A stretch of 64,000 nucleotides of DNA. Origin: Lingula anatina (lineage: Eukaryota > Animalia > Brachiopoda). Location: the NCBI GenBank assembly GCA_051362555.1, contig CM120649.1, positions 18,366,567-18,430,566 on the forward strand, read 5' to 3'. The position numbers and the translations under genes were made by a program. Below are positions 12,496 to 25,781 of this stretch, one piece after another. Position 1 is the first letter of the stretch, and every line of letters starts with the position of its first letter. The notes beneath the pieces are model-generated. The model saw only the letters and a program-made list of their open reading frames with translations. It was not told the origin of the DNA and made no database searches.

Positions 12496-15400
12496 TTATT
12501 CACCCTGGTATTCATCAGGTCTCCAGGATTCATCTGGACAATATGCTCCTGTTACGTCCTCAGGTTTCACTGCCAGAAGATCTGCCAGATCATGTTGGTC
12601 CTCGTCAACAAACCACTGTCGCAGGTGTTCCACAGGATCTTTATCCAACGTGCATTTCAATACCTTATGTAGTAAAAGACTACATTTCTCTGCTGATGTT
12701 TGCTGGCATTTAATTTTCTCCATGTCTGAATCATTAATGATGCTCTTTGAAAAAAGAAAATCTATCAGTTTCCTAATATCAATTCCTTCATCAGCTATGT
12801 AGGACAAGTGTTTTCGCAGATTCTCACATTCGACCTCGTGAAACCTGGCTTTCTGAAAAATAAATACCTGCTGTGCTTAAAACACATGGCCTTTATGGCT
12901 TTTTTTGACTGTGAAAAAAGGATACTTTGACAATACAAGCAATCCTTAAAAAGTAAAAATATATTCCTGCCCAAGAAAACAAGAACTTTCTTTTGCTTCT
13001 TACTTCACAACTACCCATAATATGTATTATTTAACCCCCTCACAATAAATACTAGTAAAAAATAAATAAAACTAATAAAATGTAATGAAAAATAATATAC
13101 TTGATGGAAGAAGAAACTTACTCTAACTTCATCGATCATGACCTTTATTTCTGATGGTTCAACAATTTCCTTGACTCTCCCTTCAATCCTCTTCAACAGC
13201 CATACAAGTAATTGAAAGCAACACTGCAGATGGCAGAATACAAATTCCAGAGGTTCTTTAGGACAGCAAGCATTCCCTAACCTAAGATCAAGTGCAATAG
13301 TCTCCCACACCCCTGGAATCTTAAAAATACGATCCAAGTTTGCTTTTGTCCTCAAAGGCAGATACCGCTGTAAAACACGGACATGAGCAGCCATCAACTG
13401 CCGGTCTTCATTCTGATGAATTTCAAGCCGGCCTATGTTTTGAACAATAACAGTAGGTTGCCCTGCTATCTCCATGTTTGCTTGCCTCATACCTGCATTT
13501 AAACCTGGTATGCCATAGAGCTGAGATGGAGCACACAAGGCCTGTTGGTCTGGAAGTTGTTGTTGTCGTTGTTGATGCTGTGGGGTTAGATTTGGCAATT
13601 GCTGATGTTGTGTTTTAACTACTGGAATTGCCAAATGTTGCTGGTTTATTGGCTCTGACAAGAATGAAAACTGTGGTGCTGGTAAAACTGTTTGATCTGA
13701 GATATTCAAAACTGACTGCTGCAGTGATGTCCCTGGGGCTGGGAGACGCCACTGTGCCTGGTGGGACACCAAGGGGTTCATAACTGACTGTTGCTGCAGA
13801 CTTTCTAAGACCGTCTGTGACTGTTTTCCCCCAAGGAGGCTGGAATCTGGACGAGACAACTGGAGTGTTTGTAGGTCAAATTGTTCGGTGCCAGGTACCT
13901 TTGTTATCTGAAAAGATATTGAGTCCAAACATTTACTTGATATTTAAGTTGGTTGTGTGGTCACTGTAAAAAAAAAAAACATTAAAATTTACAAGACAAA
14001 TTAGTTTGCAATCAATGTTAATGAGAGAGACATCATGTTTCTTTAACTATATGAGAGGCTGGCGGCAACGAAGGACTGTAGTTAAAGTAATTCAAAGACA
14101 TCTCATCTGGAGGGATAACACACTTATAATAAATAATCTTCTCAAGTAATATGTGACCACAAAAGCTCAATTTTAAAAACATGGGTTATTGATAAGACTT
14201 TACATTAATCACTTAGTATACACTGTCTACCAACAGGTTTGGGGAAATAATTTTATCTTAGGTAAAAACTCTTCCCTCGATCTCTACTCCCTTCTCTCCT
14301 CTTCATTCTTTCTCTCATTAAAAAATCACTGAACATCTAATATGAAATCACCTCATGTAATGGACGGCACACTTCAAGCTCTACTGATGACAACCTTGCC
14401 TCTTTATTCTTGAGGCCCTGTTGGGCCACCAATATTCTGCTGGTGAATATTGCGGGGCACGGTGTGGTAGAGTCAGGCTTAAAAGAAAAGGCACAATGTG
14501 GTCTGCTGTCATCTATCAACCTCTGGTAATCCAGTGCCTAAAACAACACATTTTAATGCAAATGTTATCTTTTAAAATTATGAAGATCGCAAAATTATAT
14601 TGGTCTACCCAATACACTAACGAAATTAAATAGGAGATATGGATAGGAAAACACTATATAAACTTATAATATGGCTTTACAAATGAGAAATGCATATGAC
14701 GTGATTACGTTAAAATATCACATATATGTAAAAGTGTAATACTTTTCTCTTCCTTATATTTATTATATACCTTTTCATCTTCCCCTGTCAAAGTCCATCC
14801 TTGAAAGTCCTTTATTGTGACCAGTACATCATGATTAACTTCACACACAACATGGTCATTGTTTTCATGGTCACCATCACCTTGGTCACCATCACTGTGG
14901 GGACAGATGTAAAGCCTGAAGAATCCATCAGACACCATACGCTTCATGCCAATCTGTGCCATCCAACTGTCAAAAAACTGGAATGTATAAAATGGCAAAC
15001 ACTATAATATACAGGGGTGGATCTAGGATTCTTTGAAGGGGGGAGGGTCCTAGGATGTGATGCCACCTGTCCCCCCCACCCCCACCCCTGAGAGACATAC
15101 AACAATGGAATGGTTTAGAACTATGATTCAGCTAATCAAAATTTCATTTTCAAGAGGGGACCATTTGACATGTGTAATTTTTTTCATAAATATTGGGGGG
15201 GGGGGGGGGGGGGGTGCAGGACCTAAATCCACCACTGATATAAGAAGGAACTGTTTAACCCAGTGCAAGCACACTTAGTTAATGACTGGAACCACGGCCT
15301 CTTTCTATGTATGATTGTTATGATGAAAGTTTACCAAATTTCAAACAAAATTATGACCTAATGCACTGCACATAATAATATATGTACTAAACACCTAATA

Positions 15401-16878
15401 TGTTTATGAATTACTTTTATATGCTTTATAAATTAATTTAGTAGTTTTTTTATGTACTCAAAAGTAGCATCATGGGTTGTTAATTTCTCTAAATGCATTT
15501 GTTCAGTACATTACAAATGTACACAGTATTACCTGTTATCATTTAAAATTATAGATACATTATAATAATAGTTCAAATATATTTTGATGAAGTATCAAAG
15601 CAGGTTGATTATTATCCAGCTATAAATAATTATTTAAAATATAAATAATGAGTTAGTAATAAAAGTTCTAAAGTTTTGGAGTAGGTAACTAGAATAAAAT
15701 ACAAAGTAGAATTTTTTAAGCTTGGCTCTGTTAGCTTACTGATGAAAAACAGCAACATTAACATCATTCAATGAATCTAAATAAAGAACATGGCCAGTTA
15801 TTACAATTATACATCAAATATTGACAACAGATTGACAATATTAAAGCAATAATAACTCTTCCTTTGAGATTCAAAATTCCACAAGAAATACATTGTAAAC
15901 AACGCATGGAAATATATTCTATTGCATTTTACCACTAAAACGGCTGTTGTTGTAGTAAAACTAAAATCTGTGCTTGTCAATAGGGCTTTCGATGCCTTTC
16001 TTTACGGTCGTCAATGACGTTGGGGTGTCACGCGGATTCTCACGTTAATTCGAGACCAAAATAACATATGGTGCCAAACGTGTTGATGCAATCCGCAGAC
16101 GTTAGTTGCGAGTTTTTGGACAGTGCGTCAGATAACAAAGAGCCCAGAATTGCACACATTGTAGATATAAATGCATTTTGAGCAGTAAGACGAATATATC
16201 TTATGAATCTTATATTATTGTTATATAGTGTTGTTGTTGTCTGCTTTTCCCGCGGTTTTAAGTAGGTCACCAGAAAATATCGCTCAATATCGCATGACTA
16301 TGCAATGTGAGAGAGGGCTCCGTCAGTTAAAATCTCTTAAGAGATTTTAACAAAAAACCAAACGTTAAGAAAAAAAAACCTGGACTAACTTTGAATGCAG
16401 GAATGGGGTCGTCGACCATTGGAAAGTACGGGAAAATTGCCATTTACTCCAGGAAAATCCAATTTTTGGCCAAAACGAAGAGTTATTATGACTTTAACCA
16501 TCTAAAAAGGTCACAACCAGCACAGTATACTACCACAATGTGTCACAACTAATGCAATATATAACCTTTGTGACAAGACACCTTGTAACACAAGACAAAA
16601 CTCAAAATTTAAGTAATAAAATGTTTGTTTCACAGTGGAATGTAGCATCACTTTTGTTTCACAACTAATACAATACAAAAAATAAATTTGAAAGTAATTT
16701 TTGTTTCACAGTTGCATGTGGTATTACTATTATTTCATCCACAGTATCGCTGATGCATGAGACAAGAATCTGAAGCAGCTCTGTCCCTGGATCAAACGAC
16801 CCAAATACTAAGGCCACCATCGTTTTCTTATTTGATGTTGTGATGTAATTACATGGGTTCCTCAAAGCTGCAGTGCAC
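12496..16878 (-). CDS. Duplicated C-terminal module: UPA-like + Q-rich + death-like domain + CARD (5 exons, no ZU5/TIR exons)
   Basis: Exons 16878-16728, 14977-14771, 14537-14352, 13907-13122 and 12852-12496 are all GT-AG and in frame, and are homologous exon for exon to 32500-25383 (e.g. CTAALRNPCNY, FFDSWMAQIG, ALDYQRLIDD, KARFHEVECENLRKHLSYIADEGID). Confidence 0.8.
15845..16493. mobile_element. TTAA-flanked MITE (Kolobok-like)
   Basis: TTAA on both sides; imperfect TIR AGCAATAATAACTCTTC / GAAGAGTTATTATGACT; further copies at 52151-55035 and 54246-54886, and a relative at 30202-30538. Confidence 0.75.
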
Positions 16879-17030
16879 CTAAAGGGTGAAAAAGCAAATT
16901 AATATGTGTCCATCAGACATTTACAAACAGTGGTACCTATGTAAACTTTTATTAAAATAGAGAAAAGTTGAATTTGAATGAAATTTCAATAATTAGAATT
17001 TATAACAGAGCAAGTAATATGTGTGTGTGT

Positions 17031-17391
17031 GAAAACTGTTGTGGTGCTGGTAAAACTGGCTGATCTGAGAGATTCAAAACTGACTGTTGCAGTGATGTCC
17101 CTGGGACTGGGAGACCCTCCTGTGCCTGGTGGGACGCCAAGGGGTTCATAACTGACTGTTGCTGCAGAGGTTCTGAGACCGTCTGTGACAGTTTTCCCCC
17201 AAGGAGGCTGGAATCTGGATGAGACAACTGGAGTGTTTGTAGGTCAAGTTGTTCGGTGCCAGGTACCTTTGTTATCTGAAAAGATATTGAGTCCAAACAT
17301 TTACGTACTTGATATTTAAGTTGGCTGTGTGGTCACTGTAAAAAAATTAACATTAAAATTTACAAGACAAATTAGTTTGCAATCAATGTTA
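17031..17391 (-). pseudogene. Duplicated fragment of the Q-rich exon start plus upstream intron
   Basis: Near-identical to 13666-14021 (ITKVPGTEQ.DLQTLQLS...); truncated and runs into a stop at 17000. Confidence 0.7.
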
Positions 17392-20300
17392 ACAAGTCAA
17401 TTTGAATTTTATATCCTCAGGTCTGCAGCCATGTTGGCTACTGCCTTTACTTGGCCGGTAACATTGCCAAGAAGAGCCAGTAGCTAACAAGGCTGCCAAC
17501 TGGACGATATAAATTTCACACCAAATTGTTTAAGTTACAGTGTATATCAAGAATATTTATAACTAAGTGATATATTTTGCTTTTATATCACTCGATTTTG
17601 TTGGGAATGACCATTTTCTTTGTTTAATTGCAACTGCATTTGTTTTTTCAAGTGTGTTGCACTGTATTGCACAGTAGGAGGTGTAAAAATCTAAGTTTCA
17701 CAAGACTTTCACAAGGCATTTAACGACCTTCTTTGGCCAAGAATGAATATTTATCAACAACAAAATAATTCAAAACATAAAGAAATTTGTTCTTAAACTT
17801 TACTGATAAGTTTAACTTTAATACAACTTCAAAGTAACATTGAAACATTAGCTTGTCTTGGAACGTTGCCATCAGACATCCAGCGGCCAAAAGTATAAAC
17901 AAACCTATGACTGTGATGCTGCACTTTATTTTTTATTTAAAAAAATCGATAAATTTCAGTGACATTTAAAGATATTACAACACTTTGTCTTGAAAAGGGT
18001 TTGTTCTTTCAAAATTTTTATTGATTAGGCTCTCACAAATTGAGTTTTCGTTGAGCTTGCTGACTTAAGGCAGCTCCCGAGGAGGCTATACTAAAGGCCA
18101 GGTATATGACTGCTGTGGGGCATTTTCAAACATGCTGAGAGAATCTTTAAACGTTATTTTGGCAGGAAAATGTACATAAAAACAGCATAACTTCGATATA
18201 GATGGCTCGATCATGCTGATTTTCGAACTTCATCAGTTCTGTAAGTTTCAAGCCAAAAGGTTAAATGGTTTTCCACCTATCGTGTTATCGGTACTGCATA
18301 TATGCTGAACAAAGTGAAAAAAACAGCATAACTTCCCTAAAAATGATTCTATCATGCATATTATGAATATTCAGCAGTTCTGTAATTTTCAAGCCAAAAG
18401 AAAAAATGGTTTTCCACTTATCATGTTATCAGTAAAAGTGCACGGCAACTGGGACGACAGCGACGACAGAAGCAGATGACAACTATATGTACAGACACAT
18501 CTGTGTCTGTACTTAAAAAGTTGCCATAAATAAAGTGACCTTAACTGGTAAAATAACATACAGCTTTATTATCGTGTTTGTTATTCAATTTAATTTTAAT
18601 CTTGTATGTTTTGAAACTTAACGTACGGTCTTCCATGATATTTCAACAACTTTCGTAACAGAAAATTGCATAATAAAATTGTAAACAAACATATCACACA
18701 TAGCTGCTAATATAAATAAAGGTAACACCAGTGTCTGCTTTTCCAAAAAGTTGACAAGCAAGTGTTAATACTGTCGTCCCAGGCTTGCATTAATATACAT
18801 GTATACAGACCAAATTAAAAAGCCTATAAGGACTGATGACCTTGCTCCTATCCCCTTCCTTTGGCTATTGCAGCAGCAGGTTATTTAATCACATTATGTA
18901 GTAATCTTATTATAATAACTTCTCAGTGTTGCACGTTCTAAACGCCATTCCTTTTTCACCACGTCAGGTGGACATTTGCGTATATGCAGTTAAGGCCCAT
19001 TTTATCCCGTAACCAGTTAAACAGTGGCTAATTACAAAGGCCTGTTAAGGCAATCATCAAGGTAATGATTCAACCCGCCAGACGCAAAAGGTCAAGCACT
19101 GTCTTTGCAATCTTCTGCTGTAAAATTCCCGATCACAGATAACGATCGACAGTTATATTAAGGCTGATTTTATCTCTTAACCAGGTGTGCAACGGCTAAT
19201 TACAAAGGCCTGTACAGGAAATCAGCCAGGTAAATCACTCATTCTCAAGGACACAAGTGGTCAATCACTGTAAAGTATGATATCTTTGGACAAAGTCCGC
19301 CAACTTTTACATAGAAGTCAATGCCATCCGCCATGCTGCACGCTTGACGTTACCCCAAATGCCCGTTGCTAAGGTAAAGTGGCCAGACCGACTGTCCCAA
19401 TTCACTGAACAGCTTCCCTGTTACTGCGATCTGTCTGAGTCTGTCTCTATAGCTAAAACCTTTGTACTGTCATCACAATATTTTAATCAGGAAAACTACA
19501 GCGGTTACTGTTCAGCACTTTCATAAAAAACTCATAACAAAAATGATTCCTTGGTTGCGTACGTACGACCTTACGTTACAAGTGTCTTTGAAAGCGAAAG
19601 TAGCTCATAAACTTGTAGTATTTCATACTCTGTCGCTTTTTCTTCGCCATCCAGGCGCTTGTTACGAATACACAACGTATCTACGAAATGTATAAGATGA
19701 CCATAATAAAATCTTAGATACCTTAGATACAGCAGGCTGTTCCATCTTGTCAGTTTTGTCCTCCCAGCTATAATTTACGCAATCCAAGGAAAATAACATA
19801 AAAATAGGTCATGGCCAAAGTATGACGTAGAGCGCTGACGTATACCAAGGGTTTAATATAAAATAGAACTTGGCATATACAGTGATAGTCATCAGATGTC
19901 ACCAAATGTCACAAGCACTCCGGCGCAGGCCTATTATATCAAATGTATGATGATTAGGTATAGTTTGTGCGTTTAATACGTGTCTTTATGTTAAAGGTTA
20001 TTTACTTGTATATTTTATTAACGCGTTCTATTCCATTTTGTATTTTTATACTCAATGGTCTGTGAAAGATGACCGATAAAATTACAAATTTTAATTTAAA
20101 AAGAAGGTTCCTTCGTGTGTGAAGGGACGGGGTACAGGTGTGACAGAAATGATAACACCAGAAATGGAATTCCTGGTGTACCTTTAGTGATGGGGAATGG
20201 ACTACGTACGGTTCCCAGGGCAGGGGCGGATCCAGTATTACTCATGCATGAAGGGGGAGGAGGGGTCCATGTCATCTACGTGTGCGCGCAGAAAATAACC

Positions 20301-21499
20301 GTGTGCATGGGTGCAAAATCCCTAGCGACCGCGATCAGTTCATGTATAAGACAAGTAACACGTACGTAAAAATGCCAAAAACTTGTCGTGTAGCTGAATG
20401 TTATTCAAGAAAATACAAAGGGAGTTAGATCAAGTTCTTTGTTATATCTAATGATAAGTTTAGAAGAGAGAAATGGCTGGCAGCGATATACAGAGGAAGA
20501 TCGAGTAAACTTTGGTCGCCGCGAAGAAGTTCTCTTTATTAATGTATTTTATCTGCATTTTTTAACAGGTTAGAGTCATTAGGTGGGTTTTGCATCCTAT
20601 TTTAAGTAGAATATGATATAATACCGCATCTGTGGTAATCCCAGCAGGCATAGTGACATTGGATCCACGTTGAAAACAGGTTGGGCAGTTGATCTACCTA
20701 AATTCAATGTCAAATCAATGTTGATCCAGCCACATCAAAACGCCGTCATAATGTGACGTTAATTGACTCAACGTATTTTTGTCGTTGACTCAATGTTGTT
20801 TGGTCATCGTGATCCAAGACATATGGATCGTAATTTAAAATATTAATTATAAAAAACGTGATACTATGTAAATATAAAGGCCTAGATATGACATAATTGT
20901 ATTAAAATGAATTTACGGCAGCTGCAAGGTATACCGGGTATGTTAATTGCCATGGGTAATAATTAGTTCTAGCCTATTAACATCAATAACAGCTAGTGCT
21001 GCATAATACACCTTTTGTTCATTTATTCCTGAAAAGATTAAATACTGTAGCTAACTTTATCAAAATATCAAAAATGGTGCTATAAAGTAAAAGTAATAGT
21101 TGTTTCGTGTCTTTAGTGAACTAGTGAATTTTCTTAACTTGTTATTCAAAAATGCATTCCAATAAGCTAGCTTCCTCGCAAGGTCAGCTAACACAAGGAT
21201 GATGGAGTGAAGTTATCGATGTTGACAGTTCACGGTATACTGTTATAGATAGATAGACATAACAGGTTGAGGTGACCGTGCCTATCTTATGAAGCTAAAA
21301 CAAAATACAAAACAGAAATGAAACAATCATGTGAGGATGACAGCTAGACACATATAGAATGGTGAATAGGATGGTGGAAAATATATGCCCTAATTTAAAA
21401 AAAAAAACCAATGCACATCTCATCCCGACTGCAAATCTCTGAAAGACCTTGCCAAAGACATGAACAAATTCTGCACTGCAAAGATAAGTAAAATATATG

Positions 21500-21875
21500 G
21501 CTATGTGTTGCTTTTGGAAGATACAGTTTTAAAGCCGTCTCATCCACCCATATCAGAACTCATACCTAAACCAGTATTGATATTCTCCTCATTTATTGCA
21601 ACAACCACTGCTGAATATTGTCAAAAATCATTACAATTTCTGTTAAAACGTCATACCAACAGCATTATTGACTCAGATTTTACCAACTGTCATCAAACCC
21701 ATCACAGAATTGGTGAATGTTTATTTTAGGAATGGAATATTTCCAGATTCATATTAAAAAATGCAGTCATTAAACCTCTTCTTAAAAGAACAACTTTAAT
21801 TATAATGTCTTTGCACATTGTAGGACAGTGGACAGTATGTATTTCCTATCAAAGGTGATAGAAAAAGCCATTGCA
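21500..21875 (+). mobile_element. LINE (CR1/L2-like) reverse transcriptase fragment
   Basis: Frameshifted remnants TVIKPITELVNVYFRNGIFPDS / LKNAVIKPLLKR / FLSKVIEKAIA, typical of the region N-terminal to non-LTR RT. Confidence 0.65.
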
Positions 21876-23873
21876 ATGAGGCTTTCAGTATGCGCTTCGA
21901 AGTACACCGACACCGCGACACCGATGATTCTGAGCGGGATTGGAAAGTAGTGCATCTCTTGTCAAAATTTGTTCCGGGGTATATGATACTGTGAAATGCA
22001 CTGACGCACACCTTGAAAACGGGTAGTGTGGTCTGATCTACAGGTGAATTCAGGATAAATCAGGGCTGAGTCTGGTAGTTGGGTAGGCCCGTGTTTGAAC
22101 ATCGGAACAATTTAGTAGAAAATTCAATCTGCATATAAACAAAAACATAGCACTGGAACTTTATCTCCTGAGAATAAAAACCGACCTTCTCTCCGGTGGT
22201 GACAATCATTCTGCAGTCCTGTTTGTACTGCTTTAACTTTCGGCAGCATATGGCACTGATGTTCATACAGTATACTTGTCATCTACATCTAGGTATCGCA
22301 CCTCATTTTCGTCAAGTAGGAGTTGTAAGAATACAACGATATGGCTATGTTCAAATCAAACTTAATGTTAAAAAACATGGTACTGTTTGATTTACTACAT
22401 AAAACAGGAAAAATAGCAGTAGTGCATAAATTTTGATAAGATGCACCACATTCCAAAAAAGAAAAGAAAATATGCAAGTCCCTTGATAATTTGATATGAA
22501 TATTGCATCACAACAGTGAGTTATGCTGATTGTAGGGTTTATTATATGGTATGCAATAAGAACATTGAATATGGCTCTCTGGTGCAGTTACTGAGTATGT
22601 TACTTTACATGAGGGGTTTTAAAGACAAAGATTGTTGTTTAGTGGTATAAAATACTCCACTTAATTGTATTTTGCTGGGGTTTTATATACTGCTTTTTCT
22701 GAAAAGCTCCAAGATTTAAAAACTTTTTCATTCATTTCAGCCACATGTGTTCTTGAACAATGTGCATCCCCCCCCCCCCCCCCCAATTCAGTTTACTGTG
22801 ATTAAAAGCAGTTTAAACATTCTGAACCATGTACACATACATGTATATATCCTATGGTGCTTATCTGTGATAAGACTGTCAGTTTTTCATTTTCATTTTT
22901 AATCATTAATGATTACTGTAATACATGACTGTTTTAATGCATATCATATTACAGAATCACAGAGTCATAAAAGTATATTAGCTTGAGTACTTTTTTAAGG
23001 CAGCAGCTAATAGTAAATCTATTGCATAACTTGAGTAGTACTTTAATACTGAAAAATTAATTTTTGATACAAGAACTTTAATTTGTATACATCTTAGGAA
23101 TGGAATGTACATATAACTTGTAGTTATTAGTAACATTTGATGTACTTAATAACCATACCTGGAATGTTAAACATAATGTATACTTATATTATGAATAAAT
23201 GTCAGTCATTGTTATGTGCATCTACATCAATAAAAACAGTGTACAGGGACCGTGTATATACTTATTGCTTTAAGGTTGACACAAAAACTTATATTCATTT
23301 CATAAATGTGCATAACTTTTGCACTAATTGTAACCTTCTGATCTGATATCACATTAAAATATAGAAATATAAATCATTATGTATTAATAAAATCTTTTCC
23401 TCTTTGCATAAATCCATGCTTCAGTAAAAACAATTCACATATCTGATTGTAGAAACTATCACAATCACTTTAACTAGAACTTATATGCTGTTTACATAAA
23501 CACTCTTGAAAAGCAGTGTTATATCTTATTTCAATAGATAGATCAACAAAGTCTCTGGTAGCTATAACTGCATAGTGGAGATAGTAGATATACTGTTAAA
23601 TCTTTTAAATCATCATACTCTCGGATACATATAATATTATGATTTTACAATCACAAAAAAAAAAAAAAAAAAATTGTATTTCTGTGCATGTAGGATTGGT
23701 GGTGCTTTTACTGATAGATAATAGAACTACCAGTGCAGAGTAGCTTGCTTTTTAATTTTGTTGCTACATGTACCACTCCACAGGAATCTGTTTAATTAAA
23801 AAATATGAATAAAAAATACAGTACCTGTAAAATTTACAATTTTTCCTGACTGGAAAGATCAAATAATAACCAT

Positions 23874-23924
<51 letters not shown>

Positions 23925-25382
23925 TCCTGTATATAAAATCACAACTGAAACAAAAACTGAACAGAGTAGACATCTGTTAAAGTAAAACACTGCTTAATAT
24001 TAAAATCACTACTTTGTGAAGTGTAGATATTATACACTGTATATTGCATATATAAAGATAAAATTTTTATTTAAAAAGTAGTATAAAATAAAATAAATTA
24101 AAATATCACTTAAGTGCAGGGTGTATATGCCTACCATACAACACTACATTTTAAAGCCTTGAAAATTAAGGCAATCATTTCACAACCAAATAATTATGAT
24201 ACACTGAAACCTGAAAAAAAGATATATTGTCATTTCATATATACTAATACACATATGTTCTATCTGAAATGAAGCATATTATACAATAATAGTTTGTTTA
24301 CCCTATAGCATATCAAGGTTGGACACACAGGTTAACCAAGCTGCTCCTCTATTTCCCCCCAACCATAGTTACCTCTCATACAGCTTATAGTGTTCATCAT
24401 GGCCCCCTTCATGAAACAAACACATGTGCAGTACACCATGTACATTAGGCATATTTTCAACTAACCTGACAGTGTGCGAATATCAAAAGGTCAAAACTTT
24501 CAGTCATTAACCTTTCTATTTTCTCCATCCATAATAATTAAGATAACCATATTCTTTGACTGTCTTCTTCATGTCTGTTGTCTTTTTAAAGCAAAATACC
24601 CACACTTCTTGAATCTTAAAAATATCACTATTGCGTATGTTTGGTCTTGCACTTGGTGGCAGCATGGTCAAAATCACATTTGCCAGTGTTGTTGGTTGAA
24701 GAAAATAGATCTTTCACGGAGACAAAAAAAAAAAAAAAAAAAAAACTCTACGATATAACATCATTATCCTAATGAACTTATTTTTACACCCAAGATATAT
24801 ATTTTGAATGCAAACTGCAAGCTTTTACATGTATCGATATATTCATTAATGCCAATCAACGTGATCATAACCATAAGCACCTTCCCCTCAAAAGAATAAA
24901 TAAATAAAAAGACTCGCATTGTAATTAGCTATATAAAAACTAAGTTAAAAGCAACCAACAGGTGTAAATGAGCTTCTAAAGCAAAACAATATTGATAATA
25001 AATAATAAATAAATGAAATATGTGGTCCATAATAATTATTTCAAAACTGTTCTCAACAGAGTTGAATATAAAGTGGACCCTTTAAAAAATCCTGAAAACG
25101 CAAGCAACAGTGGTCTGGATCGAGGGCATAAATACAGCACCACAACACCAAAATATCTGAATACTTAGACTTATCCCTACACAATTTCCTATAGAATGCC
25201 CTTCAGGAAAAATGTGCAAAAGGACCTCTACAGCGAGGACTTTGGGCAGATGTCCTACAGGGATTGGTAGGACATCCTATGGGACCATATAGAATATTTG
25301 GCCAACTTCCTATAGGACATTCATAATTACTGTAAGGGTTCATCTCTAAATCAAGAAAGTGACTTGTCACATATGGTGAGAA

Positions 25383-25781
25383 CTATGCAGCTACTTCAGG
25401 ACTCTGAATTTGTCTAAGTGCTGGTTCTTCACCCTGGTATTCACCAGGTCTCAGGGCTTCGTCTGGGGGATATGACTCCTGTTCATCCTCGGGTTTCACT
25501 GCCAGGAGATCTGCGATATCATGTCGGTCCTCATCAATAAACCACTGCTGCAGGTGCCTGACAGGATCCTTATCCAATGAGCACTTCAATACCTTAAGTA
25601 GTAGTAGACTGCACTTCTCTGATGAAGTTTTCTCCCATTTAATTTCCTCCCTATCTGAATAACTAATGATGCTCTTTGAAAAAAGAAAATCTAGCAGTCT
25701 CCTAATATCAATTCCTTCATCAGCTATGTAGGACAAGTGTTTTCGCAGATTCTCACATTCAACCTCATGAACCCTTGCTTT
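25383..25781 (-). CDS. Terminal exon: CARD domain
   Basis: Acceptor tttttcag; KARVHEVECENLRKHLSYIADEGIDIRRLLDFLFSKSIISYSDREEIKWEKTSSEKCSLLLLKVLK...HDIADLL fits the CARD pattern (L..L.S..II...D.E.I.....EK...LL..L...L...L). Confidence 0.8.
   Translation of the reverse strand, partial: KARVHEVECENLRKHLSYIADEGIDIRRLLDFLFSKSIISYSDREEIKWEKTSSEKCSLLLLKVLKCSLDKDPVRHLQQWFIDEDRHDIADLLAVKPEDEQESYPPDEALRPGEYQGEEPALRQIQSPEVAA

Noticed and set aside
22500-25380. AT-rich stretch as 3' UTR and poly(A) site of the main gene
   Set aside because: Plausible, but there are several candidate AATAAA-like signals and the end cannot be fixed from sequence alone.
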